From Flavobacteriaceae bacterium (GTDB lineage: Bacteria > Bacteroidota > Bacteroidia > Flavobacteriales > Flavobacteriaceae), in assembly GCA_034005285.1 (NCBI GenBank), contig JAVEUZ010000010.1:619-64618 (forward strand): 64,000 nt of DNA, given 5' to 3'. Every line of letters starts with the position of its first letter. Within the stretch, counting starts at the first letter, position 1. The position numbers and the translations under genes are program-made. The notes beneath the pieces are model-generated. The model saw nothing but the letters and a program-made list of their open reading frames with translations, ran no database searches and had not been told where the DNA came from. Positions 1 through 9,300 of the stretch are shown piece by piece.

Positions 1-1
1 T

Positions 2-1138
2 GAATATTTAGATGAGCTTGAGTTTTTGACATATACTGCGGGAGGTGAAGTTATAAAAAGATTTACTCAGAAATTAGATTTACCTAATCCAAAAACATTT
101 ATTGGAACCGGAAAAATAGAAGAAATTCATCAATATATAAAAGAAAACGAGATTAAAACTGTAATTTTTGACGATGAACTTTCTCCTGCACAACAAAAGA
201 ACATTACAAAAATTCTGGATTGTAAAGTTTTGGACAGAACCAATCTTATTTTGGATATCTTTGCTCAAAGAGCTCAAACTTCTTATGCTCGCACACAAGT
301 AGAGTTGGCACAATGTCAGTATTTATTACCCAGACTTTCCGGAATGTGGACACACCTTGAGCGTCAAAGAGGTGGTATTGGGATGCGTGGTCCGGGTGAA
401 ACAGAAATTGAAACTGACCGACGTATAGTAAGAGATAGAATAGCCTTATTAAAAGAAAAAATAAAGGTCATTGACAAGCAAATGTCTGTACAGAGAAGCA
501 ACCGCGGAGCAATGGTTCGGGTGGCTCTTATAGGATATACCAATGTAGGAAAATCTACTTTAATGAATGCCATTAGCAAAAGTGAAGTTTTTGTAGAAAA
601 TAAACTTTTTGCTACATTAGACACGACTGTTCGAAAAGTTGTTATAAAAAATTTACCGTTTTTACTTTCAGATACAGTAGGTTTTATCAGAAAATTACCT
701 ACCCAACTCATTGAAGCTTTCAAAAGTACTTTGGACGAAGTGAGAGAAGCAGATTTGCTACTTCATGTGGTAGATATTTCTCATCCGGATTTTGAAGATC
801 ATATTACTTCGGTAAACCAAATTCTTCAAGAGATTAAATGTGATGATAAATCCACTATAATGGTATTTAATAAAATAGATTCTTATCAATATGAAACTAT
901 TGAAGATGACGATTTAATTACAGTAAAAACGTCAAAACATTATACATTGAAAGAATGGAAAAAAACCTGGATGTCAAATTTTGGTGAACAAAATACCTTG
1001 TTTATTTCGGCAATAAATAAAGAAAATTTTGAGGAATTTAGAGAAAAAGTTTATGAAGCAGTAAGAAGCATTCATATTACAAGATTTCCTTATAACAATT
1101 TTTTATATCCCGAATATAAAGAAGCTACAGAAGATTGA
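2..1138 (+). CDS. hflX: GTPase HflX (5' end lies outside the window)
   Basis: Frame is open from base 2 (EYLDELEFLTYTAGG...). Motifs GxxGPGETxxExDRR, G1 GYTNVGKST, FATLD, DTVGFI and NKID are present. Confidence 0.96.
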   Translation, partial: EYLDELEFLTYTAGGEVIKRFTQKLDLPNPKTFIGTGKIEEIHQYIKENEIKTVIFDDELSPAQQKNITKILDCKVLDRTNLILDIFAQRAQTSYARTQVELAQCQYLLPRLSGMWTHLERQRGGIGMRGPGETEIETDRRIVRDRIALLKEKIKVIDKQMSVQRSNRGAMVRVALIGYTNVGKSTLMNAISKSEVFVENKLFATLDTTVRKVVIKNLPFLLSDTVGFIRKLPTQLIEAFKSTLDEVREADLLLHVVDISHPDFEDHITSVNQILQEIKCDDKSTIMVFNKIDSYQYETIEDDDLITVKTSKHYTLKEWKKTWMSNFGEQNTLFISAINKENFEEFREKVYEAVRSIHITRFPYNNFLYPEYKEATED

Positions 1139-1753
1139 TAATCAGTGATTTATAATATTAAAAATGTTATTGTTAATTATATTTTACAATCTATTGATTA
1201 TTAAGTAACTATAAATTAACACATCTTGTTGATAATTTTGAAAAGAAAATAAGAAGTTTTTTTGAAAACAATAAAAATTTTTACAAGCAAAAACCAAAAG
1301 AAGAAAACCAAATTTAGTTATCGCAATTTTTAGAAAAAGTATAAGCAACTTTTGAGCTTTTATCAACATAAAATTGAATGAAATTTTTCAAAATTTACGC
1401 TAAAAAATGGTTATTGACAGTTGTGAATAAATTTAAAATTTACATTCATTTATAAGCTCTTACATCTATAAAAATATGTTGATAAAACTAAATAACTTTT
1501 GAAAACAAGAAAAACAAGATTTAATACAAAAATTTATACTAACAATTAACATCCCATAATAACCATCATAAATAAAATTTTTAAAATTCTTTTTTTGTTT
1601 TTGTTTTTAATGATTGTTAAAAACATTTTTTTAAAGCCTGTTTAAATTTGTATTGTAAAAATGTTTATAGGTTATTTTTTAATTAAAACTAATCACTTAT
1701 TACTGTTTACTAATTACTATTTTGTACTTTTCAGCATTAATTAGAAAAGAATT
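1139..1753. other. AT-rich intergenic region with clustered DnaA-box-like 9-mers; candidate replication origin
   Basis: TGTTGATAA 1227-1235, TTATCAACA 1360-1368, TTATTGACA 1411-1419, TGTGAATAA 1422-1430 (reverse complement TTATTCACA fits TTWTNCACA), TGTTGATAA 1477-1485. No credible ORF. Confidence 0.45.
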
Positions 1754-3940
1754 ATGAGTAAGAAACATAGAAAATTTGGCAATAAAAGAAAAGATTTTAC
1801 AACGCAGATATATAAAATTTTAGCCAAAGAACCCAAAAAATCGTTTAACTATAAGCAGATTGCTGCCATATTAGAATTAGATGATACCAAAAGCAGAAAC
1901 GAAATTATTAGGGATTTAAAAATCTTAAAAGCAGAAGATAAAATCCATGAAATAGAACCCGGAAAATATCAGATGGTTACAAAAGCCGAATACTATGAAG
2001 GCTATGTTGATATGACCTCAAGAAAAACAGGATATTTTGTATGCGATGAACTAGAAAATGATGTTTTTATTCCGTTTATAAACCTTAACAAAGCACTTGA
2101 CGGTGACAAAGTAAAAGCATATATCTATAATAGAAGAAGTTCCCGCAGACCCGAAGCAGAAGTTCTGGAAGTTTTAGAAAGAGCAAAAACAGAATTTGTA
2201 GGCGTGATTGCTATTCAAAAGAATTTTGCATTTGTTACTACTGCCAATGTCAAAATGTACACAGATATTTTTATTCCTAAAGATAAAATAGGCGAAGCAG
2301 AGCACGGTGATGTAGTTTTGGTAAAAATGGAAGATTGGTCAAAAAAAGTTGATAGTCCGTTTGGAAAAGTTCTGAAAGTTTTAGGAAAACCGGGTGAACA
2401 CAATACAGAAATGCACGCCATACTTTCTGAATATGGACTGCCGTACGATTTTCCGGTAGAAGTAGAAGTATTTGCTAATAAAATAGATACTTCCATAACC
2501 GAAGAAGAAATTGCCAAACGCCGTGATATGCGTCATGTTCTTACCTTTACGATAGACCCGAAAGATGCCAAAGATTTTGATGATGCGTTGTCTTTTGAAA
2601 AGTTAGAGAACGGAAATTATGAAATAGGAATTCATATTGCCGATGTTTCGCATTATTTACGGGAAGGAACTATTTTGGATGATGAAGCTTATCAACGTGC
2701 TACTTCGGTTTATTTGGTTGACAGGGTTGTTCCGATGCTTCCCGAAGTGTTAAGCAATGATGCCTGTTCATTGAATCCGAATGAAGATAAATATACTTTT
2801 TCTGCAATTTTTCAACTCAACGAAAAAGCAGAAATTATTCATCAATGGTTTGGTAGAACAGTAATTTTCTCCAATCAAAGATTTAGTTATGAAGAAGCTC
2901 AATATATTATAGAAACTAAAAAAGATATTATTCCGGCAGAAATTTCGCTTACCGGAAATGATTTTAAAGCCGATAAAGAAATTGTAGAAGCCACTTTAAA
3001 ATTGGATGAATTAGCCAAAATTTTACGAATAAAAAGAATGGAAAACGGAGCTATTTCTTTTGATAAAGTAGAAGTAAAATTCAAGTTAGACGAAGAAGCC
3101 AATCCGACCGGCGTGTTTTTTAAAGTTTCAAAAGATGCCAATCATCTTATTGAGGAATTTATGCTTTTAGCAAACAGAAAGGTGGCAGAATTTATTGGTA
3201 AGCAGAAAAAAACTTTTATTTACCGTATTCATGATGAACCCGATACAGACAAACTATTTAATCTTCAAGGCGTAATTTCAAAATTTGGATATTCTATCAA
3301 CTTTAAATCTAAACAATCTATCTCAAAATCTCTGAATAATTTATTAGAAGAAGTTCAAGGAAAAAAAGAACAAAACTTGGTTGATACGTTGGCGATACGA
3401 AGTATGAGTAAAGCAGCTTATTCTACTGAAAATATTGGTCATTACGGACTCGCTTTTGATTATTATTCTCATTTTACTTCGCCCATTCGCCGTTATCCCG
3501 ATGTGATGGCTCATCGTCTTTTGCAACATTATCTTGACGAAGGAAAATCTGTAGATGCAGATTTGTATGAAGAAAAATGCCTTCATTCGTCAAATATGGA
3601 AAATCTCGCTGCCAATGCCGAACGCGACAGCATTAAATATATGCAGGTAAAATATATGATGAATCATAAAGACCGTGAATTTACAGGCGTAATTTCGGGT
3701 GTTACAGAATGGGGAATTTATGTTGAAATTATAGAAAATAAATGCGAAGGAATGGTTCGTGTACGTGAAATTAGAGAAGACTATTATGTTTTTGATGAAA
3801 AGCAGTATGCTTATATCGGACAAGAAACAAAAAATATGTTACAGCTTGGAGATGAAGTTGTTGTAAAAGTAAAAAACGCCGATCTGGTCAAAAAACAACT
3901 CGATTTTACTTATATCAGAAAAGCAGTATCAGAGAAGTAA
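1754..3940 (+). CDS. rnr: Ribonuclease R
   Basis: RNB catalytic motif TIDPKDAKDFDDALS, HFTSPIRRYPD and a C-terminal S1 domain; 728 aa. Confidence 0.95.
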   Translation: MSKKHRKFGNKRKDFTTQIYKILAKEPKKSFNYKQIAAILELDDTKSRNEIIRDLKILKAEDKIHEIEPGKYQMVTKAEYYEGYVDMTSRKTGYFVCDELENDVFIPFINLNKALDGDKVKAYIYNRRSSRRPEAEVLEVLERAKTEFVGVIAIQKNFAFVTTANVKMYTDIFIPKDKIGEAEHGDVVLVKMEDWSKKVDSPFGKVLKVLGKPGEHNTEMHAILSEYGLPYDFPVEVEVFANKIDTSITEEEIAKRRDMRHVLTFTIDPKDAKDFDDALSFEKLENGNYEIGIHIADVSHYLREGTILDDEAYQRATSVYLVDRVVPMLPEVLSNDACSLNPNEDKYTFSAIFQLNEKAEIIHQWFGRTVIFSNQRFSYEEAQYIIETKKDIIPAEISLTGNDFKADKEIVEATLKLDELAKILRIKRMENGAISFDKVEVKFKLDEEANPTGVFFKVSKDANHLIEEFMLLANRKVAEFIGKQKKTFIYRIHDEPDTDKLFNLQGVISKFGYSINFKSKQSISKSLNNLLEEVQGKKEQNLVDTLAIRSMSKAAYSTENIGHYGLAFDYYSHFTSPIRRYPDVMAHRLLQHYLDEGKSVDADLYEEKCLHSSNMENLAANAERDSIKYMQVKYMMNHKDREFTGVISGVTEWGIYVEIIENKCEGMVRVREIREDYYVFDEKQYAYIGQETKNMLQLGDEVVVKVKNADLVKKQLDFTYIRKAVSEK

Positions 3941-3965
3941 AACTATCAAATTGTAAATTTTAAGT

Positions 3966-3973
3966 TATATTTG
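3966..3973 (+). promoter_or_regulatory. Bacteroidota -7 promoter box for the LysE gene
   Basis: TATATTTG matches TAnnTTTG, 37 bp before the ATG at 4011. Confidence 0.6.
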
Positions 3974-4010
3974 TTTTTTAGCTTTTGGCTAAAGCAACTA
4001 TAACTTTTTT

Positions 4011-4694
4011 ATGTTAGACGATTTTCTGGCGGCTATTCCTTGGGGATTATTATTGGCTTTTTCCATCGGTCCGGGTTTTTTTATATTGCTTGAAACCAGT
4101 ATCACAAAAGGTTTCAGAGCTGCTTTTGTTTTCGATTTAGGCATTGTTTTCAGTGATGTTATTTTTATTCTCATTGCCTATTACAGCACAAACCAGATAC
4201 TCGAACAACTCAAAGACAACCCGATTCTTTTTATCATCGGCGGGCTTATCATGTTTGGTTACGGACTTATTTCTTTTATTCTTTTAAAACGAAATTTCAA
4301 AAGACAGAACATCGAAGAAATAGAAACCAATACTATTGATAAAAAAAATTATCCGGCATTGTTTTTCAAAGGTTTCCTGCTCAATTTTATCAATATAGGT
4401 ATTCTTGGTTTCTGGATGATGATTATCATTTCTTACGGACCTCAGTTAGAAATGAAATCAAACAGATTATTTATATTTTTTACTTCTATTCTGGTTTCAT
4501 ATTTATTGTTTGACATCGCCAAAATCCTCTTGGCAAAACAACTTAAAAACCGTATGACTTCCAATTTGATTTACAAGATAAAACGTGTAATCTCTATGAT
4601 ATTGATTATTTTCGGATTGTTCTTTATACTGCAAGGTGTTTTTCCCGGGAAAAAAGGAAAAATTACAGAACAGATTAATAAGTTTAAGGATTGA
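4011..4694 (+). CDS. LysE/RhtB family amino-acid translocator
   Basis: N-terminal GLLLAFSIGPGFF motif, several hydrophobic segments, LxFxNxxxxxFW-like motif. Confidence 0.85.
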   Translation: MLDDFLAAIPWGLLLAFSIGPGFFILLETSITKGFRAAFVFDLGIVFSDVIFILIAYYSTNQILEQLKDNPILFIIGGLIMFGYGLISFILLKRNFKRQNIEEIETNTIDKKNYPALFFKGFLLNFINIGILGFWMMIIISYGPQLEMKSNRLFIFFTSILVSYLLFDIAKILLAKQLKNRMTSNLIYKIKRVISMILIIFGLFFILQGVFPGKKGKITEQINKFKD

Positions 4695-4714
4695 TTCTTT
4701 AAAAATGATAAAAC

Positions 4715-4745
4715 AAAAAAGAGTTACCGTAAGCAACTCTTTTTT
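4715..4745. terminator. Bidirectional intrinsic terminator between LysE and tRNA-Cys
   Basis: AAAAAAGAGTT-9nt-AACTCTTTTTT inverted repeat between convergent genes. Confidence 0.75.
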
Positions 4746-4751
4746 GTTTTG

Positions 4752-4822
4752 AGGCATCGAGCGGATTCGAACCGCTGTACAAGGTTTTGCAGACCTCTGC
4801 CTAGCCACTCGGCCACGATGCC
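4752..4822 (-). tRNA. tRNA-Cys (GCA)
   Basis: Minus strand reads GGCATCG TG GCCGAGTGGCTAGGC A GAGGT CTGCAAA ACCTT GTAC AGCGG TTCGAAT CCGCT CGATGCC T. Full cloverleaf, GCA anticodon, U discriminator, CCA not encoded. -7 box (CAAATATA on +) at 4838-4845. Confidence 0.97.
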
Positions 4823-4934
4823 GTTTTTATTGGATTGCAAATATATAAAAAGTTTTTAATTGAAGATTACAGATTAACGATTTTTGATTCCTTTTCTACA
4901 ACAATCTATATTCGTAAATCGTCATTCTGAAATC

Positions 4935-5294
4935 TTAACTTCTGAATCCTTCTATCTGTATGGTAACCGCTTCTACATCGCCGCCAATAGGCGGATTGAT
5001 TTTTGAAACCGCTGCCATAACATAAGAAACCGCCGGAATTTCATCAAAAATCCGGTTTATGATACGTTGGGCAACGTGTTCTAACAAATTGGAGCGAACA
5101 GCCATTTCTTCTTTTACAATATTGTTGAGATGAACATAATCTACCGTATCTTCAAGATTGTCCGATACGGCAGATTTACGCATATCTGTTTTGATTTCCA
5201 GCTCTACAGTATAGTCAGAACCTATTTTGCTTTCTTCGTTCAGACAACCGTGATATGAAAAAGTCCTGATGTTTTTTAAACGGATAATACCCAT
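4935..5294 (-). CDS. folB: Dihydroneopterin aldolase
   Basis: Starts MGIIRLKNIRTFSYHGCLNEE; contains DTVDY, LLEHVA and KINPPIGG motifs. Confidence 0.93.
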   Translation of the reverse strand: MGIIRLKNIRTFSYHGCLNEESKIGSDYTVELEIKTDMRKSAVSDNLEDTVDYVHLNNIVKEEMAVRSNLLEHVAQRIINRIFDEIPAVSYVMAAVSKINPPIGGDVEAVTIQIEGFRS

Positions 5295-5310
5295 ATAGTT
5301 TTTTATAAAT

Positions 5311-6255
5311 TTAATATGTACACGGGCAGTTACTGATTCCCTGAAACAAATCCAACCCTATCGTAACCATGTGCGTACCCGAATTATAACTGAATAATTC
5401 ATTCATGGTTACCTGATAGGAATAGGCAAAATAAAAATTCTTCATTTTTAATCCGCCCATCGGACCAATATTTAAAGGCTCCAGCATCTGGTCATTCAGG
5501 AACCGATAAGATATTCCTGCCCAATAATAATCTTCAAAGTTATTAAAACGTACTTTCAAATTCAAATCTGTTGTAGATCTTCCGTCGCTTTCATAATATT
5601 GAAAATATCCTGAGGGTTCAACATCTATATCGTTATTTCCAACATTTCTTATTGTATATCCTGTATAAACTTGATAATTTCTAAGGGCAAGCGGTTCAAT
5701 ACCAGTAAACATATCCACATCTTTATTTAAAAGATTTGCTGCTGTAAAATTCATAAAAAATCCGTTTTTACGATATAAAATTCCTACATCAAAATTATGG
5801 TTTATCAGTCGTCTGTCATCAGTAACAGCCATATCTGTTCCGTTAAAATTTTCAATATCTATACGAAATTGATTCAGATTATACGAAATACCAAAAGACA
5901 GAAACTGTTCGGCATATCTATCTATTATGATATGATGGGCAAAAGACACTTTTCCGCCTGATTGACGTGTGTTTCCGTTGCTGTCATTATAAAGATAAAT
6001 TCCGAAACCCGATTTGTCATGAATTCTCATATCGGCTGCTAAAGTCATATTTTGAGGAGCATCTTTAATGCCAACCCATTGAGTGAATCCATTGGCTCTT
6101 ACTTTTACATAATCGCCTATTCCTGCATAGGTTGGGGCAATAATAAATGGGTTATCGGCTAGATATTGAGTAAAAGAAGGAAGCATTAGTTCCTGTGCTT
6201 TTGTTGGCATAAAAGCCAACGTAAAGAATACGAAAATTGGGGTAAATTTTTTCAT
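5311..6255 (-). CDS. sprF: PorP/SprF family T9SS outer-membrane beta-barrel (SprF)
   Basis: Signal peptide, then QELMLPSFTQYLADNPFIIAPTYAG, QWVGIKDAP and GTHMVTIG signatures. Lies directly downstream of the sprB-like gene. Confidence 0.88.
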   Translation of the reverse strand: MKKFTPIFVFFTLAFMPTKAQELMLPSFTQYLADNPFIIAPTYAGIGDYVKVRANGFTQWVGIKDAPQNMTLAADMRIHDKSGFGIYLYNDSNGNTRQSGGKVSFAHHIIIDRYAEQFLSFGISYNLNQFRIDIENFNGTDMAVTDDRRLINHNFDVGILYRKNGFFMNFTAANLLNKDVDMFTGIEPLALRNYQVYTGYTIRNVGNNDIDVEPSGYFQYYESDGRSTTDLNLKVRFNNFEDYYWAGISYRFLNDQMLEPLNIGPMGGLKMKNFYFAYSYQVTMNELFSYNSGTHMVTIGLDLFQGISNCPCTY

Positions 6256-6277
6256 AATTGTAGGTTTTTAGGGGAAA

Positions 6278-6308
6278 CCAACTCCGGGATTTGGGATGCC
6301 GGAGTTGG
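6278..6308 (-). promoter_or_regulatory. Intercistronic GC-rich hairpin between sprB and sprF
   Basis: CCAACTCCGG-11nt-CCGGAGTTGG, perfect 10-bp arms, followed on the minus strand by only TTT. Confidence 0.55.
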
Positions 6309-6328
6309 CGACAATCGTGTTATTATTT

Positions 6329-9300
6329 TTATCTGTATAAGGTTACGTTTCCGACAATTTCTCTTCCGTCATCGAGAGAAATGGTGTACCAATAATCTCC
6401 GGTAGGAAGTTCTTGTCCTTTATATTTTCCATCCCATGAACCGTTTTGTCCAAACTTGATTATATTTCTTCCGTATCGGTCATGAACTGTAATTGATATT
6501 CTTGGAAAACCTTCCATATTAGTAGGATGCCATACATCATTTTCTCCATCATCGTTGGGCGTAAAGAAGTTAGGAATATCTATATCAATAAATTCAATAT
6601 AAATAACCGCTTCGGCTTCACAACCCATAGAATCGCGAACAGTAATTACATAATTTCCGGTTTGAAAAATCTGAAAAACGTTATTTGAACCGTTTGGCAA
6701 TCCGTTGATGAAGTATGTATAATTACCATATCCACCTGTTGCGGTTGCCGTTATTTCATTCATTCCTGTTTCGGCAAGTGTTAGCGAAAGTGGTGTATAG
6801 TTTTGGATGGTAAATGTTACTTGGTCAGAACATCCGTTAGGGTGCATTACCAATACCGTATGAGAACCATTTGAAAGGTTTGTAAACTCATTAGAATTTT
6901 GAAACGGACTACCATCTAACGAATAAGTGACTACTCCGGAGATGCTTGGGTTTACACTAACCACAACAGTATTTTCGTTGTTGTTGCTTAAACATCCATA
7001 TAGAACGTCAACCTCTGCCCGAATATCAATTGTAGGATTTAAAGTGACAGACACAGAAGTTTCGCAACCATTAGCATCACGAACATAAACCGTATAAGTT
7101 TGACCACCTGCCAGATTATCAAATTCAAATTGGTTGATAATATAGGTTCCATTTTGATTTAAACTTGTACTGTATGGAGCTGTACCGCCTGTTACAGAAA
7201 CATCTATACTTCCTAAGTTATCTCCAAGACATATATCTTGTTCAATATTGGCAGTAGCCACAACCAAAGCATCCGGTTGGTCAATAGTAATATTCAGGCT
7301 AAATTCGCAACCAATATTATCACGAACAATAACGGTATAATTTCCTGCAGTCAGATTGTTGAATACATTGCTGTTTCCAAAATCTGATAAGTTTGGAGAA
7401 ATAGCAAATTCTAAAGGTGCAACTCCACCCGAAGCTGTAACAACAATACTTCCCGTATGGGTTCCATTACAACTTACATCCGTAGTATTTGCTGAAGCCG
7501 TTATTGGTGTTGACTGTGTGATTATAAAATCAACAGTTTTTTCACATCCATTAGCATGTTTAACTGTTATAGTATGATTTCCTACAGCTACATCTGTGAA
7601 TTCACCATCAGATTGAAAAGTACCACCGTTTAAAGAATAAGTAACATCCTGAGCTACAGTAACAGTAACAGTATTGCCTACCATATTATTATTACAGTTA
7701 TAATCTATATTAACAACCGGATTCAGTGTAACCGGAGCATTCAGTATAACCGGAATAGAAACAATGCAGTTATTGGCATCACGTACATAAATAGTATGGG
7801 TTTGTCCGCCTGTTAATCCAGTAAAAGTAAGTTGTCCTGCAACAAAATTATTAGTATTATTTAAACTTGTTTCATAAGGAGCTACTCCCCCACTAATTGC
7901 AATTGTTATAGAAGCATTTTGGTCTTCTGTACATAATTCCTGAACAATATCAGAAACAATAATATCAATTTCATCAGGTTGTGTAATAATAATATCCTGT
8001 GAAACAGTACACCCTATTTCATCCGTTGCAACAATAGTATAAGTTCCTGCCGCAAGATTGCTAAAAGTGTTTTCTGAACCAAAATCTGTTAGGTTTGGAG
8101 AAATAGCAAATAGTATAGTCCCTGTTCCTCCTGTGGTTAAAGCCGTTATTCCTCCGGTGCTTTCTCCAAAACATGAAACATGAGTGATATTGCTCAAGTC
8201 TAAGTTAAGCGGCGTATTTTCATCAATATTCAAATCAATGGTTTTTATACATCCATTTGTGTGTTGGACACTTACAGTGTGGTTGCCCGAAGTAAGATTG
8301 TAGAACACGTTGTCTGTTTGATACGGGCTTCCATCTAATGAATATTGAACATCTAAAGCAACATCCTGATTTACGGTTATTGTTACCGAGTTTGAAGGTA
8401 CGTTATTGATACATTCATAAGAAATTGAAAAACCGGGAATAACCTCAACAGGATGATTTAAAAATACATACGCTATGGTTTCACACCCGTTTGCATCTCT
8501 GATAAATATAAAGTAATCCTGACCACCACTGAGCCCCGAAAATGACAATTGATTGTCAACAAAATTAGCAGGGTCAGGATTGTTTAGACTAGTAGCATAA
8601 GGAGCTGTTCCGCCTGTAATAATTACATCAAAAGAACCATTTGAATCGCCTAAACACAACTCTTGCATAACATTATCAACATCGGCAACCAAAGGTTCAG
8701 GTTCAGTAATTTCTACATCAAGCAATATAAAACAGCCCACTTGGTCTTGTACAATAATTGTATAATTTCCGGGAGCCAGATTATTGAAACTTCCGGAGTT
8801 TACAAACTGATTCAGATTTGGAGAAATGGCATATTGAATTATTCCTGTACCGCCGGTTCCTGTTACTTGAACACTTCCGTTGGTTCCGCCATGACACAAC
8901 ACGCTGTTTACTGTTAGGTCTGCAATCATCAACGAATCTGGATCGGTTATTGTAATAATTTGCGAAACAACATTACAATCATTACTATCCACTTTTACTA
9001 TATAACTACCTGCGGGTAAACCTGTAAACAAACCTGAAGTTTGCGGTCCGGAAAGAACGTTGTTTGCACTGTCTAACAAAGTATAAGAATAGTTGCCCAA
9101 CCCACCACTTGCATCAGCAATAATTACCGCAGTAGATTCTCCGTAACAATTGATGTTGGCACTATTCAGATTCAAATTCAATTCTAATACCGGTATCGGA
9201 TTAATATCGATTTGATTGCTTAGAACAGCACTACAATTATTAGCATCTCTAACAAAAATTTGATAAGAACCTGAACCAACATTAAATACATTTTGTGTAC

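Noticed and set aside
4503-4808. 101-aa minus-strand ORF (MARQRSAKPCTAVRIRSMP...)
   Set aside because: It is a translation through tRNA-Cys and antisense to the LysE gene.
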